Below, piece by piece: positions 9,430-17,923 of a stretch of DNA of 64,000 nt. Each line of letters begins with the position of its first letter. The first letter of the stretch is position 1. The DNA is from Candidatus Aenigmatarchaeota archaeon. Its GTDB lineage: Archaea > Aenigmatarchaeota > Aenigmatarchaeia > QMZP01 > QMZT01. The stretch lies in contig QMZT01000002.1 in the NCBI GenBank assembly GCA_003663325.1, positions 731 through 64,730 of the forward strand, in the 5' to 3' direction. The translations under genes and the position numbers were made by a program. The notes under the pieces are model-generated. The model did not search any database and had not been told where the DNA came from. It saw only the letters and a list, made by a program, of their open reading frames with translations.

Positions 9430-9556
9430 GCCTCGGTGGTGTAGCCTGGCTATCATACAGGACTGTCGATCCTGTGACCCGGGTTCAAAATCGAAACCAC
9501 CAGCGGGTTTCGATGCATCCTGCAACCAATAAGCATGGGAAATCCCGGCCGAGGCG
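9430..9556 (+). tRNA. tRNA-Asp(GTC) with a 53-nt T-loop intron (about 59/60; 9490-9542)
   Basis: Acceptor GCCTCGG/CCGAGGC, anticodon arm CAGGA-CTGTCGA-TCCTG, same T-arm and nearly identical intron as tRNA-Gly. Confidence 0.93.
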
Positions 9557-9591
9557 TTTAATTTTTATTTAAGCAAGGGAAAATAGAATTT

Positions 9592-10746
9592 ATGATAAAT
9601 ATGTTTTTATTTCTGTGTATCGTATTTCTCTTCACATTTTTAGTTGGAAGAATAATAGAGAGGCTCAGGGTCCCGTGGGTTTTTGCATCGCTAATCTTCG
9701 GTGCTATGCTCGCTATCTATAATCCCTTTGCTTCTATTACATCATCATCCCTATTCACATTCTTAGCGAGACTTGGCATGTATTTTTTGCTATTTATGAT
9801 CGGCCTTGAGTTAGATTTAAACCAACTTAAAAAGAAAGGAAGATTTATTTTTAAAGCAACGTTTTCCATTATTTTTTTAGAGGTTATTATCGGCGGTTCA
9901 TTTATACATTTTGTTTTTAGCTATAGCTGGATTGTATCTTTTCTCGTAGCCTTATCCTTCGCTACTGTGGGCGAAGCCGTACTAATCCCCATCTTGGATG
10001 AGTTCAAAATAATAAACACAAATCTTGGTCAGACCATAATTGGTATAGGTACATTAGATGATATAGTAGAAGTATTTACCTTGATCGTAGCTGTTGTTCT
10101 AATTGGTTCCTCTGTACGAACTACATTCCATATTGGCTTGATATTGGTATCCCTCTTTGTCTTATTTATCCTTACAATCGGATTTACAAAACTTAAGAAG
10201 GAAGGTAAAAAATTCAATTTCTTAAATATCGAGACCCTTTTTCTCTTCACGATCTTTGTATTCTTCTTATTCCTAGGTATTGGACAACTAGCAGAAACTA
10301 CTGCACTTGCTGCATTGCTTGCGGGGATTGGTATTAAAACATTTGCACCGGAGAGGAGATTAAAGCTTATAGAGTCGGAGATTAAAACAATGTGTTATGG
10401 CTTCTTCGCCCCTATATTTTTCTTATGGGTTGGTGTAACGCTAGATATAGGATATATTATAACGTATCCTTTGCTTGTCCTTTTAATTGTTATAATCTCT
10501 AGCGGGGCGAAATTGTTAGGGTCTTACATTATTGCAAGAAGAGAATTGGGTTTGAGGCAATCTATTTTACTAGGTATTGGTCTTTCTGTGAGATTTAGCA
10601 CGAGTATTATTGTTTTAAAAATACTGTTTGATAATGCTCTAATCAATGTAAGCCTTTATTCTATTATTATAGCCTCAAGCATGGTGTTCCAATTCCTTAT
10701 CCCGTTACTATTCTCTAATATACTTGCAAGATGGAAAGTAAGGTAG
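9592..10746 (+). CDS. Cation:proton antiporter (CPA2/NapA-like)
   Basis: About 12 TM helices, LLFMIGLELD, GTLDD, GFFAPIFF. Confidence 0.88.
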   Translation: MINMFLFLCIVFLFTFLVGRIIERLRVPWVFASLIFGAMLAIYNPFASITSSSLFTFLARLGMYFLLFMIGLELDLNQLKKKGRFIFKATFSIIFLEVIIGGSFIHFVFSYSWIVSFLVALSFATVGEAVLIPILDEFKIINTNLGQTIIGIGTLDDIVEVFTLIVAVVLIGSSVRTTFHIGLILVSLFVLFILTIGFTKLKKEGKKFNFLNIETLFLFTIFVFFLFLGIGQLAETTALAALLAGIGIKTFAPERRLKLIESEIKTMCYGFFAPIFFLWVGVTLDIGYIITYPLLVLLIVIISSGAKLLGSYIIARRELGLRQSILLGIGLSVRFSTSIIVLKILFDNALINVSLYSIIIASSMVFQFLIPLLFSNILARWKVR

Positions 10747-12561
10747 TTATTTTTTCGCTGCAATCTCAATTATTCTGGCATAGGCTGGTCTTGTTATTAG
10801 CACACCGACTAATATTCCAACTATTGTAGTTATAGCAAAACCCCTTACCAAACCAACGCCTACAAACATTAATGGAAACATTGCGGCAATAGTCGTGAAT
10901 GCAGCACCGAATATGATAAAGAATGCCCTCTTTATCTTATCCTTCAACCCATATATGATCTCCTTTTTTGTTGAACCATGTATAGTTTCATCCGCTATAA
11001 CTATCATATTATCCATACCTGTTCCTATGGCAGCTATTATACCACCGATTGCGGCAAGGTCTATAGTCCATGAACCAGGGAATGCTGCCCCCATTATAGG
11101 AATAAGTATGACAGCAAGCCATGAATTTATATCTATCTCCTCTTTCTTTACCCAATTGTATAACAGGAAGGCTATGCATAGTAACATTGAAAATAACCAC
11201 ACGCCGCTGTCATTTTTGGCTGCTATACCAAGTATTATCACGATCTCAGCTAAACCTGTAAAAATCATTGGTAAAACAACCTTGATATTTCTGTATTTGA
11301 TAAATACTATTACAACAACAACTAAGGCTGCAAGCAACGCCGCATTTATAGCTGAGGTTATAAATCCTTCCCCCAAGCTTGGCGAAATTATACCGATAGA
11401 AACAATCTCTAGGCTAACAGGCAATGCCCCTGAACGAAGTATTGTCTGCAATCTTAACTTTTCCTTAACAGCATCTTCCATTCTTTCTCTGCTACCCTCT
11501 ATTTGCGGCGTGGTATAGACCTTTCCACCAAGACTAGCTGCTATCCTCAATTCTGACATAAGCTGTTGGTCTATGTAAAGCTGTATCTTTGAATCCTTCA
11601 GGTAATACTCCCCGCTCATAAGATCCATTTGCTGAGGAATGCCAGCTGTTATCTTCGCAAACCTCTCAGCACCCTCTCTCGAGACAAGCACAACAAAATA
11701 AAATTGATAGTATCCTCTTCTGGGTATGACCGCAGAATGCTGTGGGTCTGAGTAAACGAGCTCTATATCTTTTCCTTCATAAGCGGTTCCAAGGAATATA
11801 AGCTCATCTCCGCTTTTGTTTATGTATTCAAATTTTATCCCATCCAAAACAAAGGAATCATTAAGCTCTAATGTTATATTGGAAACGGCTATTTTACCGC
11901 TGCTTTCGTTCAAAACCTTTACATCATACCTATTTTCCCCCAATATGAAAATTCCTTTTCCATCTTTCAAAAACACGGGCTTCGTTATCTTTGCAACAAA
12001 GTTTCCTTTCTGCGAAAGCAAGTTTTCAACAACATCTCTTCCTATTCCAGCGGCCTCTATTTGTATGAAATTCTCTCCAGTTATGGTTTTTATTGGATAA
12101 AACTTTATTTCCCTGAGCCCAAAAATATTGGCCCTGGTTTCTAAAGTTCCTATTATTTGTTCAATGACATCGGAGCTTACGTTGCCTTTTGGTTTCATTA
12201 ATATCCTCGTACCACCTCTTATATCAAGTCCAAAATTTATGTTTGTACGTTCAACATTCATCACATCTATACCTATCGTCTCGTTAACGTAAAGTTCATA
12301 GCTATTCTTAACCCTGCCTTTGTAAGCAACAATATTAACCTTGCCACTAATATTCTTTGTTAACCTTAGCCAATCATCAACATTTCTCACAACTTCCCCA
12401 TTAACGGAATATATAATATCTCCTTGCTCTAGAATATTCTTTGCTGGTGAAGTTTTGGATATGTATGCGATCTCTACGCCTGTATATTGGGGTTTAAGAA
12501 ATATCGCTAACAATGATGTAGCTAAGATTATAATCATCAGTATTATTCTCCAATTTTTCAT
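10747..12561 (-). CDS. secD: Protein translocase subunit SecD with an N-terminal PDZ-like insert
   Basis: GLDIRGG, ILRSGALP, SPSLG, IGTGMD, GFAITTIVG, TRPAY. Confidence 0.92.
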   Translation of the reverse strand: MKNWRIILMIIILATSLLAIFLKPQYTGVEIAYISKTSPAKNILEQGDIIYSVNGEVVRNVDDWLRLTKNISGKVNIVAYKGRVKNSYELYVNETIGIDVMNVERTNINFGLDIRGGTRILMKPKGNVSSDVIEQIIGTLETRANIFGLREIKFYPIKTITGENFIQIEAAGIGRDVVENLLSQKGNFVAKITKPVFLKDGKGIFILGENRYDVKVLNESSGKIAVSNITLELNDSFVLDGIKFEYINKSGDELIFLGTAYEGKDIELVYSDPQHSAVIPRRGYYQFYFVVLVSREGAERFAKITAGIPQQMDLMSGEYYLKDSKIQLYIDQQLMSELRIAASLGGKVYTTPQIEGSRERMEDAVKEKLRLQTILRSGALPVSLEIVSIGIISPSLGEGFITSAINAALLAALVVVVIVFIKYRNIKVVLPMIFTGLAEIVIILGIAAKNDSGVWLFSMLLCIAFLLYNWVKKEEIDINSWLAVILIPIMGAAFPGSWTIDLAAIGGIIAAIGTGMDNMIVIADETIHGSTKKEIIYGLKDKIKRAFFIIFGAAFTTIAAMFPLMFVGVGLVRGFAITTIVGILVGVLITRPAYARIIEIAAKK

Positions 12562-13400
12562 GCACTCACCTTTCTTTCAATATACCATTTTAATATGCCC
12601 GCATTTTGCATCCAAGTATTCATTAAATCTACAAGCAAGCCAAATAATAAAACATTGGCAATGTTTGATAGTACAGAAGAGATAGATGATGCAAGCAGGG
12701 CTGTAACGGCACCTATTGTTGTGAAGCTCATAGTAAGCCCGGTTTTCATTGCCCTCTTCAGCTTTGCATCCACATCTTTCCCTTCCTCCTTTATGAGCCT
12801 TGTAGTAAGCAAGATATCAGTATCAACTGAATAACCTATAAGCATGAGCAATGCAGCAAGTCCGGCAAGCGAAAGCTCTATGCCGAGTATTTGCATAATA
12901 GCTATTGTAACTATTATATCTGATGCCGCGCTCAGCATAACAGCCAAAGAGGGTATGAATGTTCTGAATATGAAAAATACTATTATACCCATCATAACAA
13001 ATGCTATTATAATGGCTATCTGTGATTGACGCCAGAAAGATGCACCAAGTGCAGGCCCTATATTCTCCAGTGATATATCCTTTTTTTCTATCCCAAGCTT
13101 AGAAAGTCTTTCGATAAGCTTGTGCGTATCGCTTTCAGGTGGAAGTTCAATGATAAGCATATTCCCGCTTACGCTTTTTATTTTTCTTACCTTAAACTCA
13201 TCATAGCCTGCCAGAAGTTTCTCAATACTTTTATCGTTTATTTGAGGTGTGAGAGATACGGTTATAATGGTTCCCCCTTTAAGCTCTATCGATTTCTTGA
13301 AGAATTCACCCGTTACCATATAATTGGAAACGAGATACGCAGATGAGAGAATAAGCACAACAACAGGTACAAATATCAAAACTTTATAATCCATTTTCAT
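12558..13400 (-). CDS. secF: Protein translocase subunit SecF
   Basis: IELKGG, GPALG, LMLIGYSVDTDILLTTR, NTW..NAG. Confidence 0.95.
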   Translation of the reverse strand: MKMDYKVLIFVPVVVLILSSAYLVSNYMVTGEFFKKSIELKGGTIITVSLTPQINDKSIEKLLAGYDEFKVRKIKSVSGNMLIIELPPESDTHKLIERLSKLGIEKKDISLENIGPALGASFWRQSQIAIIIAFVMMGIIVFFIFRTFIPSLAVMLSAASDIIVTIAIMQILGIELSLAGLAALLMLIGYSVDTDILLTTRLIKEEGKDVDAKLKRAMKTGLTMSFTTIGAVTALLASSISSVLSNIANVLLFGLLVDLMNTWMQNAGILKWYIERKVSA

Positions 13401-13461
13401 AACTTTAAATTTAACCCAAAATATTAAAAATTATTTTAATCAGGAAAAATTCTAATATTAT

Positions 13462-14199
13462 ATGGGCATTCTGAATGAGGTTGAAAGGGTAAAGAGTGGG
13501 ATAATAGGGCTTGATGAGAAGGTTGAAGGTGGGTTTGTTAAGGGGAGTGTAAATCTTATTTCTGGAAAGACTGGAACGGGCAAAACCGCTTTTTGTATGT
13601 CATTTATTTATGAAGGTGCTAAAAATTTTGAGCCTGGGGTTTATGTAACAACAGAGGAGCGTGTGGAGGATATAAAGAAGGATATTGAAGCTATGTTTAA
13701 TTGGGACATAGATAGTTTTGAAAGACAGGGCCTTATAAAGTTTCTTTCCATAAGACCGTTCCTCCCAAGCAAGAGCTTTAGTGATGATGAGATTGCGAGA
13801 CTTGTAAGAATGTATATATTCAATCTTTCCAGAAATATAGAGGAAAGCATAAGGTTTGTCAATGCAAAAAGGCTTGTTATTGACTCCATATCACTTATTG
13901 AAGCTTTTATAAAAGATAAGTATATAGCCAAAGTTGCCTTGATGCAACTCATCGATAAATTAAAGGAATACGGCGTTACGGTTTTGATTACCGGAACTAT
14001 ACCAGAGGAGAGCACAGCACTAACAGGTGAAGGTATGCTAGAATTCATAGTAGATTGTGTAATAAAGCTCGATTTTGTTCCAGTAGCTGAGGAATTTAAG
14101 AGAACTCTTACAATAAGAAAAATGAGACGAACAAATCATTCAACCTTTATACACCCTTTTGATATAACGAGGGAAGGAATAAAGCTTCTGGAAATATGA
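13462..14199 (+). CDS. KaiC/RAD55-like RecA-superfamily ATPase
   Basis: SGIIGLD, GKTGTGKT, TEE, RLVIDS, IRKMR. Confidence 0.9.
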   Translation: MGILNEVERVKSGIIGLDEKVEGGFVKGSVNLISGKTGTGKTAFCMSFIYEGAKNFEPGVYVTTEERVEDIKKDIEAMFNWDIDSFERQGLIKFLSIRPFLPSKSFSDDEIARLVRMYIFNLSRNIEESIRFVNAKRLVIDSISLIEAFIKDKYIAKVALMQLIDKLKEYGVTVLITGTIPEESTALTGEGMLEFIVDCVIKLDFVPVAEEFKRTLTIRKMRRTNHSTFIHPFDITREGIKLLEI

Positions 14200-14203
14200 T
14201 ACT

Positions 14204-14791
14204 ATGAGCATAACAAATAAGATAATATTGGTAAATATAGCAGTCTTTTTAGCGCAAATTGTATTTCCAGAAATAACTCCTATGCTTGCATTCATCCCAT
14301 CCATAGCAATTGCTAGCGCTTATTGGCAATTCGTTACATACATGTTTATGCATGCTGGCATTGGGCATATACTTATTAACATGTTCATACTTTACATCTT
14401 TGGTAACCCTGTGGAGAGGGCTTTGGGTGCAAAAAATTTTGTACTTCTTTATTTCCTCTCTGGAATTGGCTCTGCTATATTTTATATGTTGATAGCGGGC
14501 ATATCATCTGTATCTATGGTGGGGGCAAGTGGTGCTGTATTTGGTATACTAACTGCGTATGCCTTCATATATCCAAAAAGTATAGTGATAATATTTCCTG
14601 GTATACCTATGCCTGCATACCTACTCATAATTGTGCTTTTCTTAGTTGAAACATTCTTTGGTATTACAGGTTCTGAGCCAGGAATAGCAAACTTTGGACA
14701 TGTTGGCGGGATATTAACATCTGCTATAATAATGATCTACCTAAGGAGGTTTAAAAAGCATAGCTATGATTTTGAGTTTTTTTGGGAATGA
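14204..14791 (+). CDS. Rhomboid intramembrane serine protease
   Basis: WQFVTYMFMH, HI..NM, GASG serine, HVGG. Confidence 0.93.
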   Translation: MSITNKIILVNIAVFLAQIVFPEITPMLAFIPSIAIASAYWQFVTYMFMHAGIGHILINMFILYIFGNPVERALGAKNFVLLYFLSGIGSAIFYMLIAGISSVSMVGASGAVFGILTAYAFIYPKSIVIIFPGIPMPAYLLIIVLFLVETFFGITGSEPGIANFGHVGGILTSAIIMIYLRRFKKHSYDFEFFWE

Positions 14792-14827
14792 GTTAATACA
14801 TTTAAATTTATAATGGAAAAGTAAACC

Positions 14828-16048
14828 ATGTTTGGCGTGATTGAGAAGGCAAAAAAAGTTATGGCAAGCTATTATCTTTGTGATAACTGCTTGGGAAGAC
14901 TATTCGCCCTTCTCCTCACAGGTATGAGCAACAGGGAGCGTGGTGCAGCAATAAGAAAAGTTATCGCTATGGAGTATGAGGCAAAGAGGTTCAAAATAAA
15001 GAGAGAGAATTTTTATGGGATAAAATTTAGAAAAAAGCGCACAAGCGTTAAAAAACCACAATGCTATGTGTGCAAAAACATATTTGATAGTATTGATAAG
15101 TATGTAGAGGATGCTCTTTCTATTTTAAAACCTTACCAATTCTCAACATTTCTTGTCGGGATAAAGATGTGTGATGAGATTGTGATGAGAGAGGAGCAGG
15201 TATTGAGGACTTGTGGCAAAAGTTACGCTGAGGATATAAAATCTGAGCTGAGTAGGGAAATCGGGAAAAGAATAGAGTTGAGGACTTCTAAAGCGTATGA
15301 TAAGGATATGCCAGATATTACTATAATATTTGATCTCGAACATAACAAGATAGAGCTTGATGTCAGATCAATTTTTATCTATGGTGAATACAGCAAGCTA
15401 GTAAGGGGTATTCCTCAAACAAAATGGGATAAGTATGAGGAGAGTGTAGAGGATATAATAGCAAAACCTTTTATTAAAGCATTAAAAGGAAAAGGGCATG
15501 TGTTTCATGCAGCTGGAAGGGAGGATATAGATGCAAGATGCCTTGCATACAGGCCGTTCGTGCTGGAAATAAAGGGTCCAAAGAAAAGAAGGGTTGATAT
15601 AGAGAGTATGGCAAAGGAGATAAACAAAAGCGGAAAGGTGCTTGTGAGGAATCTAAAGCTAACAGAAAGGAGCAAGGTAAGGGCTGTAAAGAAAATGGCA
15701 ATGGATAAAATCTATAGAGTTGTGGTTAGTTTTAGGGACAGGGTTAAGAATATTGCAAGTGTTAAAGGCATCTTAGGCATAGTTGAGCAAAGAACACCAA
15801 GAAGGGTGTTGCATAGGAGAAAAGATATAAAAAGATATAAAAAGATAAAAAGCATAAAATGGAAAAAGGTAAATGATAAAAAATATATATTTGAGATATG
15901 TGCGGAGAGCGGCACATATATAAAAGAATTAGTAAATGGTGATAACGGTAGAACAAAGCCAAGCATAGCATACCTTTTAAACAATCCAGCAAAGGTTGAA
16001 AGCCTTGATGTAATAGGGTTTGGTGAGAAAGATGGTAAGAAAGAATAA
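14828..16048 (+). CDS. pus10: tRNA pseudouridine 54/55 synthase Pus10
   Basis: LCDNCLGR, IPQTKW, GREDIDA, QRTP.RV.HRR, GTYIKEL. Confidence 0.95.
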   Translation: MFGVIEKAKKVMASYYLCDNCLGRLFALLLTGMSNRERGAAIRKVIAMEYEAKRFKIKRENFYGIKFRKKRTSVKKPQCYVCKNIFDSIDKYVEDALSILKPYQFSTFLVGIKMCDEIVMREEQVLRTCGKSYAEDIKSELSREIGKRIELRTSKAYDKDMPDITIIFDLEHNKIELDVRSIFIYGEYSKLVRGIPQTKWDKYEESVEDIIAKPFIKALKGKGHVFHAAGREDIDARCLAYRPFVLEIKGPKKRRVDIESMAKEINKSGKVLVRNLKLTERSKVRAVKKMAMDKIYRVVVSFRDRVKNIASVKGILGIVEQRTPRRVLHRRKDIKRYKKIKSIKWKKVNDKKYIFEICAESGTYIKELVNGDNGRTKPSIAYLLNNPAKVESLDVIGFGEKDGKKE

Positions 16049-16316
16049 GGGTTTCCACAGAAGGACACGTAGAAAATTAAAGAAAGGGAGGAGGGAGAAG
16101 TTCAAGGTAACACCGTTCATAAAAAGATTTGGAATTGGCCAGAGGGTTGTAATAGATCATCTTCCATATTCATTGGATGGTATGCCTCATCCGAGATTTA
16201 AAGGAAGAAGTGGTGTTATAAGGGGCATAAGAGGAAATGCATATATAGTAGAAATAAGAGATGGGGACAAAATTAAAAATATAATCTCAAATCCCGAGCA
16301 TTTAAAGGCTGCGTGA
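16032..16316 (+). CDS. rpl21e: 50S ribosomal protein L21e
   Basis: KG..RRTR, GMPHPRFKG, PEHLK. Likely start is ATG 16032. Confidence 0.95.
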   Translation: MVRKNKGFHRRTRRKLKKGRREKFKVTPFIKRFGIGQRVVIDHLPYSLDGMPHPRFKGRSGVIRGIRGNAYIVEIRDGDKIKNIISNPEHLKAA

Positions 16317-16320
16317 TATA

Positions 16321-16650
16321 ATGGATGTAATGAGCGAAAAGGTCGTTTCATTTCTGTATGCAAAAAAAATACTTGAGAAAAGAGAGAAAAAGAAAGAACT
16401 TGGGTATGAACAAAAAAACGCATTAGAGCATTTAAGAAAATTTTGTACATTAACAGAAGAACAGGAAAATAAGATAAGGGATGAGCTTAAGGCTATGGGG
16501 AAGCTTAATGAAGAACAAATAGTGAACATAGTAAACTTTCTACCAACAACAATAGACCAGGTTAACATAATTTTCGCGTATGAAAGAACCATTCTGGAAG
16601 AGGAGGAGAAAAAGAAGATAATCGAAATAGTAAAGAATGTTGTTGGCTAA
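16321..16650 (+). CDS. rpoF: RNA polymerase subunit Rpo4 (F)
   Basis: ELGYEQKNALEHL, IVNFLP, and the conserved position after rpl21e. Confidence 0.92.
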   Translation: MDVMSEKVVSFLYAKKILEKREKKKELGYEQKNALEHLRKFCTLTEEQENKIRDELKAMGKLNEEQIVNIVNFLPTTIDQVNIIFAYERTILEEEEKKKIIEIVKNVVG

Positions 16651-16658
16651 GGGAGAGG

Positions 16659-17438
16659 ATGGTAAAGATTGCAATAATAGGTGGAAGCGGCCACATACTA
16701 GAGCATGGCTTTGAAATTATAAAAGAGGTAAAAATCTCAACACCATATGGAAATCCATCGGATAGTATATTTATAGGCAAGGTTAAAAATACTGAGATTG
16801 CTGTATTGCCAAGACATGGAAGGAATCACACAATACCGCCACATAAGATTAATTTCAGAGCAAACATATGGGCGCTGAAGGAAATGGGTGTGGAGAGAAT
16901 AATAGCAACTGCTGCTGTTGGTTCACTTAAAAAGGATTATATGCCCGGGGACATAGTTTTTCCTAATCAATTCATAGATTTTGGTAAGGATGTAACAACA
17001 TTCTATGACAGAAAGCGTGTCTACCATGTATCTCTTGCAGACCCCTTCTGTCCAACATTAAGAGAGGTTTTGATTAAAGTGGCAAAAAAGCTTAAGCTGA
17101 GGTATCATGAGAAGGCAACATATCTACGTATCTCCGGTCCGAGGTTCTCTACAAGAGCAGAATCAAAGATGTTTAGAAGGTTTGCAGAGATTATAGGTAT
17201 GACATGCGTGCAAGAAGCTATACTTGCTAGAGAGGCGGAGATTTGTTTTGCTGTTATTGCAAGTGTTACAGACTATGATGTATGGGCCGAGAAACCTGTT
17301 AGTGCAAAAGAGGTTATAGAGGTTATGAGAAGAAATAAAAGCGTTGTTGAAAAGATATTGCTTAATTCTATTGAAAGTATACCAAGTAAAAGGACATGTC
17401 CATGCAAGGACGCCTTGAAGAATGCCGCCATTGGTTAA
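16659..17438 (+). CDS. mtnP: 5'-methylthioadenosine phosphorylase
   Basis: IIGGSG, TPYG.PS, RHG..H..PPH, GPRFSTRAES, TDYD. Confidence 0.93.
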   Translation: MVKIAIIGGSGHILEHGFEIIKEVKISTPYGNPSDSIFIGKVKNTEIAVLPRHGRNHTIPPHKINFRANIWALKEMGVERIIATAAVGSLKKDYMPGDIVFPNQFIDFGKDVTTFYDRKRVYHVSLADPFCPTLREVLIKVAKKLKLRYHEKATYLRISGPRFSTRAESKMFRRFAEIIGMTCVQEAILAREAEICFAVIASVTDYDVWAEKPVSAKEVIEVMRRNKSVVEKILLNSIESIPSKRTCPCKDALKNAAIG

Positions 17439-17476
17439 AGCTATTTAAAAGTAACAGAGGATAATTATTAATGGAT

Positions 17477-17669
17477 GGGCCCGTAGCTCAGTCTGGTAGA
17501 GCACCGGACAGTTTGCTGGGTGATGCTTTTAACTCCCGTTAAAAGCGTGTTGAGCAAGGCAATGACAGGAAGACACCCGGGAGTCGCGGGTTCGAAGTAG
17601 AAAGTTTTAAAAACTTTTACAACTATATATAAGTTTAATCACAAAGAAGCGAAAATCCCGCCGGGCCCA
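17477..17669 (+). tRNA. tRNA-Lys(TTT) with three BHB introns (30/31: 17508-17524; 37/38: 17532-17574; 59/60: 17597-17655)
   Basis: Removing the three segments gives a perfect cloverleaf GGGCCCG-TA-GCTC-AGTCTGGTA-GAGC-A-CCGGG-CTTTTAA-CCCGG-GAGTC-GCGGG-TTCGAAT-CCCGC-CGGGCCC-A. BHB central helices are CACC/GGTG, CTTT/GAAG and TTCG/CGAA. Confidence 0.9.
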
Positions 17670-17679
17670 AATTCAAAAG

Positions 17680-17922
17680 GTGGTTGCATCGATCGATATA
17701 TTAAAACATGATCTGGTTCCAGATTTTAGGATTCTTTCAGAAAATGAAAAGAAGGAGTTATTGGGAAGGCTTAGGGTTAGTGAGGACAAGCTTCCAAAGA
17801 TATTGGAGAATGATGTTATTGTAAAGAGGTTGGGGGCAAAGGTAGGGGATGTGTTGGAAATAAAGAGAAAGTCGCCAACAGCAGGCATTGCATTGTATTA
17901 TAGGATCGTGGTGAAGGGATAG
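17680..17922 (+). CDS. rpoH: RNA polymerase subunit Rpo5 (H)
   Basis: HDLVP, LPKI...D, RKSPTAG..YYRIV. Confidence 0.97.
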   Translation: MVASIDILKHDLVPDFRILSENEKKELLGRLRVSEDKLPKILENDVIVKRLGAKVGDVLEIKRKSPTAGIALYYRIVVKG

Positions 17923-17923
17923 T

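Noticed and set aside
9281-9532. 83-aa ORF with an internal repeat; possible CRISPR-like repeat
   Set aside because: It overlaps two tRNAs, and the repeat is the duplicated intron and T-arm. Only two copies, and no cas genes.
17565-17585. Reading the interrupted tRNA as Val(GAC)
   Set aside because: No U33 or proper stem results. The Lys(UUU) model gives a perfect cloverleaf with BHB motifs at every junction.
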